This document shows positions 48,564-62,039 of a stretch of 64,000 nucleotides of DNA, piece by piece. The notes below the pieces were generated by a model. That model saw only the letters and a list, made by a program, of their open reading frames with translations. It was not told the origin of the DNA and did no database searches. Both the position numbers and the translations under genes were made by a program. The stretch is taken from the NCBI GenBank assembly GCA_031388175.1, contig JANNEA010000177.1, positions 9,076 through 73,075 of the forward strand, given 5' to 3'. This DNA is from Gammaproteobacteria bacterium. Its GTDB lineage: Bacteria; Pseudomonadota; Gammaproteobacteria; Natronospirales; JANNEA01. How positions within the stretch are numbered: position 1 is the stretch's first letter; each line of letters starts with the position of its first letter.

Positions 48564-49157
48564 TCAGTACCCGACCACGCGCGCGGAGATCGCGACGCGC
48601 ACGGTCGAACCCGGGTCACGGTCCATGCGCGTGACGTAGCGCTGGCCGTCGTACTGGTAGGTCACGCGGTAGCCCGTCACGCGCTCTTCCTCGCGGTCGT
48701 CGTAACGATCAGCACAGCGCGTGCGCTTCTGGGTGCGGTCGACATAGGTGCGCGGCGAATCGTTGCGCAGCGCGCGCTCGTGCGCGATCGAGGCACCGAT
48801 CAGCGCGCCGCCGATGGTCGCGGCATCGCGACCGTTGCCGTTGCCGAACTGGTGGCCGATGACGCCGCCGATGAGGCCGCCCATCAGCGCGCTGCCGGCG
48901 GGGTTGGGACCGTTGTAGCGGTCATGTCCACGGTAGCGATCGGTCGGCTCGGATACCACGTAGGTCTCGTCCCAGCATTCACGGCGCGGCTCGCTGACCC
49001 GCACATAGCGCAGGATCGGCTCGACCCGGATCACGCGTGCAGTGACGTATTCGGTACGCGGCTGGTAACCGAAGTCGTCGTCGTCAGCCGCGGCGATCGG
49101 CGCGACCAGCACGGTTGCGGTGAGGGCCAGCGGCAGCAACAGGGGGCGGATGTCCAT
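48564..49157 (-). CDS. Glycine-zipper (17-kDa surface antigen/YMGG-like) exported protein
   Basis: Signal peptide and a glycine zipper (GSALMGGLIGGVIGHQFGNGNGRDAATIGGALIGASIA). GAGGAGG lies upstream of the ATG. Confidence 0.65.
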   Translation of the reverse strand: MDIRPLLLPLALTATVLVAPIAAADDDDFGYQPRTEYVTARVIRVEPILRYVRVSEPRRECWDETYVVSEPTDRYRGHDRYNGPNPAGSALMGGLIGGVIGHQFGNGNGRDAATIGGALIGASIAHERALRNDSPRTYVDRTQKRTRCADRYDDREEERVTGYRVTYQYDGQRYVTRMDRDPGSTVRVAISARVVGY

Positions 49158-49174
49158 GTTCGTTCCTCCTCATC

Positions 49175-49191
49175 GCCTGGGGACCCCAGGC
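49175..49191 (-). other. 17-nt palindrome GCCTGGGG-A-CCCCAGGC between mazG and the glycine-zipper gene
   Basis: Read directly from the sequence. No U-tract follows it on the minus strand, so it is not a classical intrinsic terminator. Confidence 0.3.
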
Positions 49192-49229
49192 TCGGGGCCG
49201 ACGATAGGCCTGGGTGCCTGAACTGCGGC

Positions 49230-50039
49230 TTAACGCCCTGGTGGGCCCAATTCTGCCGCTTTCACGGCCTCCCAGATCGCATCCATCTCTGCCAGGTCCG
49301 ATTCCGCGGGCGTCCGGCCCCGGCGGGCGAGTTCGGCTTCGACTGCCCTAAACCTGCGCTCGAACTTGGTGTTGGCGTGGCGCAGCGCGCCCTCGGGATC
49401 CAGGTCCAGTTTGCGGGCAACGTTGCAGACCGCGAACAACAGGTCGCCGAGCTCCTCGAAGCGCCGCTCCCGGGACCCGCCCGCCTCCGCTGTCGCTTCG
49501 GCTCGGAGTTCAGCGACCTCCTCCTCGACCTTGGCGAATGCACCCCCGGCGTCGGGCCAATCGAACCCGACCCGCGCGACCCGCTTGCCGATCTTGGCGG
49601 CTCGCGCCAACGCCGGCAGGGCGACCGGAAGGTCGTCGAGCACGCTTGACCCTGCTGCTTTCTCTGCCGCTTTCATCGCTTCCCAACGACGGTTCTGGTC
49701 CTGCGCGCCAGCGACCGCCTCGGTACCGAAGACGTGCGGGTGACGGCGGACCAGCTTGTCTGCGATGCCGTCCGCGACCGTGGCGAAATCGAAGGCGCCG
49801 AGCTCCTCGGCCATGCGTGCGTGATAAACAACCTGGAAAAGAAGGTCGCCGAGCTCGTCGCGCAGAGCAACGAGGTCATCACGCGCGATCGCATCCGCGA
49901 CCTCGTAGGCTTCCTCCAGCGTGAAGGGCGCGATGGTCGCGAAGGTCTGGGTCCGGTCCCACGGGCAGCCGTCCGCCGGGTCGCGCAGCCGAACCATGAT
50001 CTCCAGCAAGCGTTCGATTGGGGCCGAGGCGCGGCTCAT
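49230..50039 (-). CDS. mazG: Nucleoside triphosphate pyrophosphohydrolase MazG
   Basis: Tandem MazG repeats (EEAYEVADAI...ELGDLLFQVVYHA; EEVAELRAE...ELGDLLFAVCNVAR). Start ATG 50039 overlaps the upstream stop. Confidence 0.85.
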   Translation of the reverse strand: MSRASAPIERLLEIMVRLRDPADGCPWDRTQTFATIAPFTLEEAYEVADAIARDDLVALRDELGDLLFQVVYHARMAEELGAFDFATVADGIADKLVRRHPHVFGTEAVAGAQDQNRRWEAMKAAEKAAGSSVLDDLPVALPALARAAKIGKRVARVGFDWPDAGGAFAKVEEEVAELRAEATAEAGGSRERRFEELGDLLFAVCNVARKLDLDPEGALRHANTKFERRFRAVEAELARRGRTPAESDLAEMDAIWEAVKAAELGPPGR

Positions 50040-50662
50040 GCAACCTGCTTCTCGAGGTGGAGACACAGCTCCGCAAGCATTATTGCGGTGGCACCCCACA
50101 CCCGATGTCCGCCGTGATTGAACACCGGCAGCGTGACGCGTCGGCCAGCGACCTCGCGTTCCTCGAACTCTCGGTTCTTCGTGTCGAGAAGAAAAGATAG
50201 TGGTATTTCAATGAGTTGAGAGACTTCTCTCGCATCAAGCCTGAACTCAAAATCGGGCGTCACAATCGCCACCACCGGGGTCACCGCGAAGCCCGTGAGC
50301 GTCATGTGGGCGGGCAGGTAGCCGATGACCTCGACGCTCGAGGCCGGCAGCCCAATCTCCTCGGCCGCCTCACGCAAGGCTGCCGCCACTGCGCCTTCGT
50401 CCGAGTCCTCGAGACGACCGCCTGGGAAGGAGATCTGACCCGGGTGGTCGGGAAGGTCCACGCTGCGCTCGGTCAGCAGGACGGTGAGCCCTGTCGGATG
50501 GTCGATCAGCGGCACCAGCACCGCCGCAAGCGCCATAGGGCGACGCGCCATCCAATCGTCGACCGGGAAAATCGGGCGGAGCCTCGCCGCCGCTTCCGCC
50601 ACGACGTCAGACGGGGGGGCGGTCCCCGCAAGCCGCGCCCGGATATGCTGTTTTATAGTCAC
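50036..50662 (-). CDS. NUDIX CoA pyrophosphatase (NudL-like)
   Basis: LLTERS...HPGQISFPGG signature plus the NUDIX box GGRLEDSDEGAVAAALREAAEEIGL. Confidence 0.8.
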   Translation of the reverse strand: MTIKQHIRARLAGTAPPSDVVAEAAARLRPIFPVDDWMARRPMALAAVLVPLIDHPTGLTVLLTERSVDLPDHPGQISFPGGRLEDSDEGAVAAALREAAEEIGLPASSVEVIGYLPAHMTLTGFAVTPVVAIVTPDFEFRLDAREVSQLIEIPLSFLLDTKNREFEEREVAGRRVTLPVFNHGGHRVWGATAIMLAELCLHLEKQVA

Positions 50663-50727
50663 AATTAATCAATCAGTTACAGGGATAACCTCGAACGGAC
50701 CTTTACTCCGCCACGAGGTGGGTGGGG

Positions 50728-52140
50728 TTAGCCGCCACCCGCGCCGGGCGCTTTGATACCGCCAGTCGTCAGTTCGCGCGGATCGAGGAGCTTGTCGAGA
50801 TCCGCGTCGGAGAGGCCCGTTGTCTCGCGGGCGACCTCCTTTATCGGACGCCCTTCCTTGTAGGCCTGCTTCGCCGTCGCGGCGCCCTTCTCGTAGCCGA
50901 TCACCGGGTTGAGCGCGGTGACCAGGATCGGGTTGCGCTCGAGCGCCTCTTTCATCCGGGCCTCGTTGACCGTGAAGCCGGCGATGCAACGGTCCGCGAG
51001 CAGCCGGCTGACCGCCGCCAGCAACAGGATCGACTCCAGGAGGTTGCGGGCGATCATCGGCAGCATCACGTTGAGCTGGAAGTTGCCGGCCTGGCCCCCA
51101 ATCGTGATGGCGGCATCGTTGCCGATGACCTGCGCCGCGACCATGCAGGTCGCCTCCGGGATCACCGGGTTCACCTTGCCCGGCATGATCGAGGAGCCCG
51201 GCTGCAGCGCCGGCAACGCAATCTCGCCGATGCCGGCCAGGGGGCCCGAGTTCATCCAGCGCAGGTCGTTCGCGATCTTCATCAGGCTCACCGCGATGAC
51301 CTTCATCTGGCCACTGGCCTCGACCGCGGCGTCCTGCGCCGACAGCGACTCGAAGAAGTCGGAGTTCGGCTCGAAGGCCACCCCGGTGCGTCGCGCGAGC
51401 TTGGCGGCGAAGGCCTTGGCGAATCGCGGGTCAGCGTTGATGCCCGTACCCACTGCCGTGCCGCCCTGTGCCAGCCGCTGCAGGCGCACGCAGGCGGATT
51501 CAGCGCGCGCATGGCCGTTCTCGACCTGGGTTGCCCAGCCGCCCATCTCCTGGCTCAGGCGCACCGGCATCGCGTCCATCAGATGCGTACGGCCCGTGGT
51601 GACCACGCCATCGAGCTCGCCGGCACGCCGGCGTAGCGTCGTCCCGAGGTGCGCGAGCGCGGTCAGCAGCTGCTCCCGGATCGCGAGCGTGGCCGAGACG
51701 TGGATGGCGGTGGGGATCACGTCGTTCGACGATTGCCCCATGTTCACGTGGTCGTTCGGGTGCACTGGCTTGCCCAGGCGCTTGCTGGCCAGGCTGGCGA
51801 TGACCTCGTTGGCGTTCATGTTGGACGAGGTGCCCGACCCGGTCTGGAACACGTCGATCGGGAAGTGCCGGTCGTGCTTGCCGTCGGCGACCTCAAGCGC
51901 GGCGCCGATGATGGCGTCGACCACGCCTGAATCGACATGACCGAGCTCGCCATTGGCCTCGGCGGCGGCGGCCTTGATCAGGCCGAGCGCACGGATGAAC
52001 TGGCGCGGCATCGGCTGGCCGCTGATGGGGAAGTTGTCGACCGCGCGTTGGGTCTGCGCACCCCACAGCGCGTCGCTGGGGATCTTCATCTCGCCCATGC
52101 TGTCGCGCTCGGTGCGGAAACCGATGGTAGAGCCGGACAT
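50728..52140 (-). CDS. fumC: Class II fumarate hydratase
   Basis: GSSIMPGKVNP signature and an N-terminus (RTERDSMGEMKIPSDALWGAQTQRA) typical of FumC. Confidence 0.92.
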   Translation of the reverse strand: MSGSTIGFRTERDSMGEMKIPSDALWGAQTQRAVDNFPISGQPMPRQFIRALGLIKAAAAEANGELGHVDSGVVDAIIGAALEVADGKHDRHFPIDVFQTGSGTSSNMNANEVIASLASKRLGKPVHPNDHVNMGQSSNDVIPTAIHVSATLAIREQLLTALAHLGTTLRRRAGELDGVVTTGRTHLMDAMPVRLSQEMGGWATQVENGHARAESACVRLQRLAQGGTAVGTGINADPRFAKAFAAKLARRTGVAFEPNSDFFESLSAQDAAVEASGQMKVIAVSLMKIANDLRWMNSGPLAGIGEIALPALQPGSSIMPGKVNPVIPEATCMVAAQVIGNDAAITIGGQAGNFQLNVMLPMIARNLLESILLLAAVSRLLADRCIAGFTVNEARMKEALERNPILVTALNPVIGYEKGAATAKQAYKEGRPIKEVARETTGLSDADLDKLLDPRELTTGGIKAPGAGGG

Positions 52141-52197
52141 CGCTGGCTGCTCCTGCTTTCTAGACGAAGAGTTCTAGCGGATAATCCGCGCCTGTAG

Positions 52198-53604
<1,407 letters not shown>

Positions 53605-53615
53605 ACCCGCACGCG

Positions 53616-54782
53616 GTGCTGCTCGGCGGGCTCACGCTCGAGCGTTTCCTCGCCGAGCATTGGCAGAAGCAGCCGTTGCTGGTCCGCGGTGCGTTGCCCG
53701 GCATCGCCCCGCCGCTCAGCCCTGACGAGCTCGCCGGGCTCGCCTGCGAGGCCGAGGTCGAGTCGCGCATCGTCACCCGCCACGCCGATCCGCGACGTCC
53801 CTATGTGCTGCGCCAAGGGCCATTCACCGATGACGATTTCGCCGCCCTGCCTGAGCGCGACTGGACCCTGCTGGTACAGGACTGCGACAAACAGGCGCCG
53901 AGCACCGCCGCGTTCCTTGATCCGTTCCGCTTCATCCCCGATTGGCGCATCGACGACCTGATGATCTCCTACGCCGTTGTCGGCGGCGGCGTGGGACCGC
54001 ACATCGATCAGTACGATGTGTTCCTGGTGCAGGTGATGGGACGGCGCCGCTGGCAGATCGCCGCGCCACGAGCTGGAGCTCCTGAGATCGAGGGGCTCGA
54101 CCTGCGCGTGCTGGCCGAGTTCGAACCCGTGCACGATTGGGTGCTTGAACCGGGGGACCTCCTCTACCTTCCGCCAGGCGTGCCGCACCATGGGGTCGCG
54201 CTCGACGAGTGCATGACCTGTTCGGTCGGATTCCGTGCGCCCTACCGGCGCGAGCTCTTCAGCGACCTCGTCGAGCTCCTGTACACGTCAATCCCCGAGG
54301 ATGCGCGCTACACCGACCCTGCCCTGAGCCCGGAACAGGCGCGGCCGCGGGGGCGCATCGACGCCACCGCATTAGCCGCCATCAAACGACAGCTGCGCCC
54401 GTACCTTGAGCCGTCAGAGGACTTCCTCGATGGTTGGTTCGCGCGTTTCGTCACCGAGCCGAAACCTGGCCTGCGCCCCGCCCCACCCGACCAGCCCCTC
54501 GACCCCGAAACGCTGGCAGAGGAGCTGCGCGCCGGTGCCTGGCTGACCCGCGACCCACGCTCACAACTGGCGTGGGTCGAGCTGGCCGGAGGAGACCTGC
54601 TGCTGGCCGCCGACGGTATCGGTCATCCCTTGCCGTCCAGCCTGCGGCCACTCGTGGAATTGCTGTGCGCGACGACCGAGTGTTCGCCACAGGCGCTCGG
54701 GCGGTATCTTGGAGACCCGCTGGCGCGGGCTCTGCTCGCCGCGCTGCAAGGTCAGGGAACGCTGGAGCTCGAATCCCGATGA
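53616..54782 (+). CDS. JmjC/cupin-4 ribosomal oxygenase-like protein (RoxA/YcfD family)
   Basis: FLAEHWQKQPLLVRG N-terminus like E. coli YcfD. HxD...H iron triad context (GPHIDQYDVFLVQVMGRRRW, PPGVPHHGVAL). No ATG is available, so the start is placed at GTG 53616, 12 nt after the purB stop. Confidence 0.7.
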   Translation: MLLGGLTLERFLAEHWQKQPLLVRGALPGIAPPLSPDELAGLACEAEVESRIVTRHADPRRPYVLRQGPFTDDDFAALPERDWTLLVQDCDKQAPSTAAFLDPFRFIPDWRIDDLMISYAVVGGGVGPHIDQYDVFLVQVMGRRRWQIAAPRAGAPEIEGLDLRVLAEFEPVHDWVLEPGDLLYLPPGVPHHGVALDECMTCSVGFRAPYRRELFSDLVELLYTSIPEDARYTDPALSPEQARPRGRIDATALAAIKRQLRPYLEPSEDFLDGWFARFVTEPKPGLRPAPPDQPLDPETLAEELRAGAWLTRDPRSQLAWVELAGGDLLLAADGIGHPLPSSLRPLVELLCATTECSPQALGRYLGDPLARALLAALQGQGTLELESR

Positions 54783-55726
54783 ACACTTTCTCCGTCAAGA
54801 TTGCCGATTGGGATGTTGTCGCCGACCGCAGTGCCTGCGAGGGCCTACGCCTCGCGGTGTTCGTCGAGGAACAACATGTACCCGAGCACGAGGAGTGGGA
54901 CGGCCTCGACGAGAAGGCCTTGCACCTGCTCGCGCGCGATGACGCCGGCCTGCCCATCGGTACGGGCAGGCTGTTGCCGGAAGGCCGCATCGGCCGGATG
55001 GCGGTGGCCAAGGAGTGGCGCGGCCGCGGCGTGGGCGCCGCGTTGTTGCGCGAGCTCATCCGCCAGGCGCACGAGCGCGGCCACAGCGAAGTGGTGCTGT
55101 CGTCGCAGGTCAACGCGATCCCGTTCTACGAGCGCTTCGGCTTCGTCGCCGAGGGCCAGGAATACGACGACGCCGGCATCCCGCATCGCACGATGCGGAT
55201 GCCGCTCTACGATCGGCGCCCGGCCGACCTGCTCGGCGGCGGTGTTGATCCCGCCGCGCACCGTATCTACACCCTGACGCAGGCGGTCGCTGCCGCGCTC
55301 GAGATCGCCAAGCTGGCGCGCTACCGGCTCGCGATCTTCACGCCGGACCTCGAGCCGGCGTTGTACTCGACGCCGGAGTTCCGCGACGAGGTCCGGCGCA
55401 TCGCCCGCAGCAGTCGCTTCGCGATGGTGCGCATCCTGGTGCGCGATGCTCAACGTGCGACGCGCGAGGGTCACCACCTGGTAGAGGTCGCCAACGTCCT
55501 CTCGTCCTACGTCCAGATCAGGGTGCCGAATCCCGACGACGAGCTGAGGCTCGACGCTTGGGTCATCGCCGACGATGACGCGATCCTGTATCGGTCGGTC
55601 CACGACCGCCCGGAAGGCGTGGTCGAGGTCGGCAGTTCGGCGCTGGCCCGCGAGCGGCTGCGCAACTTCGACCGGCTCTGGGAACGCGCGCTGCCTGACC
55701 CGAACACGCGTCGCCTGGGGATCTGA
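54779..55726 (+). CDS. GNAT N-acetyltransferase fused to a C-terminal domain of about 170 aa with unknown function
   Basis: GNAT motif A (VAKEWRGRGVGAALLRELI) in residues 1-145. The remainder is unrecognised. ATGA overlap with the upstream cupin gene. The track ORF 54434.. carries a spurious extension. Confidence 0.7.
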   Translation: MNTFSVKIADWDVVADRSACEGLRLAVFVEEQHVPEHEEWDGLDEKALHLLARDDAGLPIGTGRLLPEGRIGRMAVAKEWRGRGVGAALLRELIRQAHERGHSEVVLSSQVNAIPFYERFGFVAEGQEYDDAGIPHRTMRMPLYDRRPADLLGGGVDPAAHRIYTLTQAVAAALEIAKLARYRLAIFTPDLEPALYSTPEFRDEVRRIARSSRFAMVRILVRDAQRATREGHHLVEVANVLSSYVQIRVPNPDDELRLDAWVIADDDAILYRSVHDRPEGVVEVGSSALARERLRNFDRLWERALPDPNTRRLGI

Positions 55727-55729
55727 ACG

Positions 55730-56203
55730 GTGGTGGGCGCGTCCGCGTGGCGGCCACACGTCACCGTGTCAGCGGTGATCGAGCGGGAGGGCCGCTTCCT
55801 GGTGGTCGAGGAACTGGTCGACGGCCGCGAGGTGATCAACAACCCGGCCGGGCACCTCGAGGAATCGGAGACCCTGCTCGATGCCGTGGTGCGCGAAGTG
55901 CTCGAGGAGACCGGCTTCGAGTTCCTGCCCGACTACGTGACCGGCCTGTACCTCTGGACCAGCATCAGCGGCCGCACTTTCCTGCGCATCAACTTCGTCG
56001 GTCGCTGTGGCGCGCACGATCAATACCGCCCACTCGACGACGGCATCCTGCGCGTGCGTTGGATGTCGCGCGAGGACCTCGCGGCCAGTTCGCACCGCTT
56101 GCGCAGCCCGATGGTGCTGCGCTGCATCGACGACGCGCTCGCTGGGCGCCGCTACCCCCTCGAGGTGCTGAACCACCTTGAGGGCGACGACCCGCTCGGC
56201 TGA
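55730..56203 (+). CDS. NUDIX hydrolase (NudJ-like by position)
   Basis: NUDIX box GHLEESETLLDAVVREVLEETGF. GTG start 3 nt after the GNAT stop. Sits upstream of mnmA, as nudJ does in E. coli. Confidence 0.8.
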   Translation: MVGASAWRPHVTVSAVIEREGRFLVVEELVDGREVINNPAGHLEESETLLDAVVREVLEETGFEFLPDYVTGLYLWTSISGRTFLRINFVGRCGAHDQYRPLDDGILRVRWMSREDLAASSHRLRSPMVLRCIDDALAGRRYPLEVLNHLEGDDPLG

Positions 56204-56224
56204 TGGCACAAGGCTGAACCGCGG

Positions 56225-57322
56225 TTGGCGCGCATCATCGTCGGTCTCTCTGGCGGCGTGGACTCCTCGGTCGCCGCATTGCTGCTCAAGCAGCAGGGCC
56301 ATGAGGTCCACGCAGTGTTCATGGACAACTGGGACGCCGCCGACGCCTACTGCACCTCGGCCCAGGATTTCCAGGACGCCCGCCAGGTCGCCGCCGCGCT
56401 CGACATCCCGCTGCACAAGGTGTCGTTCGCCGAACAGTACCTGGAGCGCGTGTTCGCGCAGTTCCTGGCGGAGCTGCGGGTCGGGCACACACCGAACCCC
56501 GATGTGCTGTGCAACAGTGAGATCAAGTTCCGCTGCTTCCTGGACTACGCATTGCGGCTCGGTGCCGAACACATCGCCACCGGCCATTACGCGCGGGTGG
56601 CGCAGACCGAAGGCCGTTCGCGGCTGATGCGCGCGGCCGATCGCGACAAGGACCAGTGCTACTTCCTGCACGCGATCGAGCCGGCCGCCCTGGCGCGTAC
56701 CGTGTTCCCGCTCGGTGACCTGCCGAAGGCCGAGGTTCGCGCATTGGCTTTCCGTCATGGCTTCGCGACCCACGACAAGCCCGATTCGACCGGCATCTGT
56801 TTCATCGGTGAACGGCGTTTCCGCGAATTCCTTGCGCACTACTTCCCCGCAGCGCCCGGGCCGATCGTGACGGTCGAGGGCGCGACGATCGGCGCGCACG
56901 ATGGCTTGATGTACTACACGCTCGGTCAGCGCGAGGGTCTGCGCATCGGCGGCCGAAACGACGCGGCCGAGCTGCCTTGGTACGTCGCGCGCAAGGACCT
57001 GCCACGCAACGCGCTGGTCGTGGTGCAGGGGCATGACCACGCGCTGCTGCAGAGCGAAGCGCTCGAGGTTGAACAATTGCGCTGGCTCGGGCCGCCGCCT
57101 GTGGATGGTGAGGTGCTCACCGCCCAATTGCGCCACCGCCAGCAGGACCAGGCCTGCCACATCGAGCTCGGCGCCAACGATCGGGCGCGGGTGCGCTTCG
57201 CCGCGCCGCAGCGTGCGGTCACTCCGGGCCAGTACTGCGTGTTGTTCCGTGGTGACGAATGTCTGGGCGGCGGCGTGATCGCCGCGGCCACCGCGATGGC
57301 CGCAGTCCGGATCGCTTCATGA
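56225..57322 (+). CDS. mnmA: tRNA 2-thiouridine(34) synthase MnmA
   Basis: PP-loop IIVGLSGGVDSSVAA, NPDVLCN and ATGHYAR. TTG at 56225 is the only start codon available in frame after the upstream stop. Confidence 0.88.
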   Translation: MARIIVGLSGGVDSSVAALLLKQQGHEVHAVFMDNWDAADAYCTSAQDFQDARQVAAALDIPLHKVSFAEQYLERVFAQFLAELRVGHTPNPDVLCNSEIKFRCFLDYALRLGAEHIATGHYARVAQTEGRSRLMRAADRDKDQCYFLHAIEPAALARTVFPLGDLPKAEVRALAFRHGFATHDKPDSTGICFIGERRFREFLAHYFPAAPGPIVTVEGATIGAHDGLMYYTLGQREGLRIGGRNDAAELPWYVARKDLPRNALVVVQGHDHALLQSEALEVEQLRWLGPPPVDGEVLTAQLRHRQQDQACHIELGANDRARVRFAAPQRAVTPGQYCVLFRGDECLGGGVIAAATAMAAVRIAS

Positions 57323-57948
57323 GCACAGACAACGTTGCGGACCGCGATCGGGCGCTGGCCCTCGCTGGCGTGTTCCAAGCGGTGGCGCTGGTCGAACGCG
57401 TTGCGCGCGAGGCCGAGCCGGACAACGCATTGCTCGAGGCGACGCTGGCGCCATTGTTCCGCTTCGATGCGACTGACGTGCCTGCGGTCTACGCCGGGGC
57501 CCCCAACCTGACGCTTGGGCTGGCAAGCCTGGAACGGGCGCTCGGCGGCCCGCGCGCATCCGGCGATGAACTCGCGTTGCGCTATGCGCTCAACCTGCTG
57601 CAGTTCGAGCGGCACTACGCCAGCGATCCGACCATGCAACGCGAGCTGCGGCGCCTGCTCCAATTGATCCAACTGCAGGGTGACCCCGCAGGCATCAGCG
57701 GCCCGGCTACGGTCGACGCCCTGGCCGACGCCTGGACCCGCACGCTGGGGACCCTGCGACCACGCGTGCTGGTCGGTGGCGATCCCAAGCGGCTGCGCGA
57801 CAAGCGCGTGGTCAGCCTGGTGCGCGCGCTGCTGCTGGCCGGGTTCCGTTCCGCAGTGCTCTGGCGGCAGGTCGGAGGCTCGCGTTGGTCGCTGTTGCTG
57901 CGCCGTGCTGCCTTGCTGCGCGCAGCGCGGGGCGCTGCCGCAGGCTGA
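57319..57948 (+). CDS. hflD: High-frequency-of-lysogenization protein HflD
   Basis: N-terminal ALALAGVFQAVALV resembles E. coli HflD (LALAGICQSARLV). ATGA overlap with mnmA, and mnmA-hflD synteny is conserved. Confidence 0.75.
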   Translation: MSTDNVADRDRALALAGVFQAVALVERVAREAEPDNALLEATLAPLFRFDATDVPAVYAGAPNLTLGLASLERALGGPRASGDELALRYALNLLQFERHYASDPTMQRELRRLLQLIQLQGDPAGISGPATVDALADAWTRTLGTLRPRVLVGGDPKRLRDKRVVSLVRALLLAGFRSAVLWRQVGGSRWSLLLRRAALLRAARGAAAG

Positions 57949-58026
57949 ACCGGCGGCGGAACGACGCACACCGCTATAATCGGCGCCCTGCTTCTCCAAC
58001 TCCATCCGCCGGAGCGCCAGCCGCCC

Positions 58027-60693
<2,667 letters not shown>

Positions 60694-60714
60694 GCCGACC
60701 CAGGAGATTCGTCC

Positions 60715-62025
60715 ATGCCGATGCCATCGATCGCTGTCCTGCCATTCCGCGATGTCAGTTCGGCGGCAGACCAGGCTGCGTTCTGCGAGGGCGTCGCCAA
60801 CGACCTGCTGAACGCGCTCGGCAACGCCGCCAGCCTGCACATGGCGCCGCGCTCCGCGGGCTTCGCGTTTCGCGGTGCCGAGCCCGACTGCAAGGCGATC
60901 GGCGCAAAGCTCGACGTGGCGAGCGTGCTGCACGGCAGCGTGACCCGCGAGCAAGACCGACTCGCGTTCGCGGTACGGCTCACCGACACCCTCACCGGCC
61001 AGGATCGCTGGGCCAAGCGTTATGACGGCACCCTCGGCCAGTTGTTCGCGTTCCTCGACGACATGTTGCTCAACATCACCTCGGCGATCGGCGCGACCGC
61101 GTTGCCCGGCCGTCGTTTCACCGTGCAGATCGGCACGACCAGCAGCATCAAGGCCTACGATCTGTACCTGAAAGGCCTCGGCCTGTTCCACGACCGCTAC
61201 TCGATCAAGAACTGCCTCGCGGCCCGCGAGGTCCTGGGCAAGGCGGTCGAAGCCGACCCCAAATTCGCCAAGGCCTGGGCTCGTCTCGCTGATACCAACA
61301 GCACCTATTTCATGTTGTTCGATTCCTCGACGCCGATGCACTGGCAGATGGCGCTCGATGCCGCACGGCGCGCGGTGACGCTCGCGCCGGAGCTCACGCT
61401 CGCGCACACGTCGTTGGGCGTCGCGCTCACGCTGGCCAAGGACTTCGATGCTGCCAGTGCCGCGTTCGAGACGGCGCACAGCATGAACCCACGCTACTTC
61501 GAGGCCTTCTACCACCACGCGCGCGCCTGTTTCCAGCGCGGCCAGCTGCCCCGGGCGGCCGAACTGTTCGAGAAGGCAGCCGAGGTCAGGCCGGAGGACT
61601 ACCAAGTGCCGCTGCTGCTGCGCCAGGTCTACCTCAGCCTCGGCCGGCTCGACGATGCGATGCGTTCCGCACGTCAGGGGATCGCCATCGCGCAGCAGTC
61701 GCTGGCGCTCAACCCGCGCGATGCACGCGCGCTCTACCTCGCCTCCGGCGCGATGATCCAGCTCGGCATGTACAAGGAATCGGTCGAGTGGGCGGAGCGC
61801 GCGCTGGCGATGGACCCGACCGACCCGATCATCAACTACAACGTGGCCTGCTCGTACTCGCAGGCCGGCGAGCAGGACAAGGCGATGGATTGCCTCGAGA
61901 AGGCGCGCAAGTCCGGCACCGTCTCGCTTGGCTGGATCAAGAACGATTCAGACCTGGTCGCGCTGATCGGCAACCCGCGCTTCCAGAAGTTGCTCAAGGA
62001 GCTCGAGGCCGCCGAAAGCCTCTGA
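60715..62025 (+). CDS. TolB-N-like domain plus TPR repeat protein
   Basis: N-terminal [11 protein letters not shown]...SVLHGSV module followed by multiple TPRs. AGGAG lies 8 nt upstream of the ATG. 21 nt after acnA. Confidence 0.65.
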   Translation: MPMPSIAVLPFRDVSSAADQAAFCEGVANDLLNALGNAASLHMAPRSAGFAFRGAEPDCKAIGAKLDVASVLHGSVTREQDRLAFAVRLTDTLTGQDRWAKRYDGTLGQLFAFLDDMLLNITSAIGATALPGRRFTVQIGTTSSIKAYDLYLKGLGLFHDRYSIKNCLAAREVLGKAVEADPKFAKAWARLADTNSTYFMLFDSSTPMHWQMALDAARRAVTLAPELTLAHTSLGVALTLAKDFDAASAAFETAHSMNPRYFEAFYHHARACFQRGQLPRAAELFEKAAEVRPEDYQVPLLLRQVYLSLGRLDDAMRSARQGIAIAQQSLALNPRDARALYLASGAMIQLGMYKESVEWAERALAMDPTDPIINYNVACSYSQAGEQDKAMDCLEKARKSGTVSLGWIKNDSDLVALIGNPRFQKLLKELEAAESL

Positions 62026-62039
62026 GCGATGCGCTCGAG

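Noticed and set aside
56201-56227. The NUDIX stop codon (TGA 56201-56203) is in the same frame as the mnmA TTG start 24 nt downstream, which could suggest a readthrough NUDIX-MnmA fusion.
   Set aside because: A shared frame occurs by chance one time in three. There is no recoding signal, and the two are separate genes in other bacteria.
62024-62036. Small hairpins at convergent gene ends: 62024-62036 GAGCG-ATG-CGCTC, 38218-38235 GACGC-TCGC-GCGTC and 5888-5905.
   Set aside because: The stems are only 5-6 bp and lack U-tracts, which is not enough to call intrinsic terminators.
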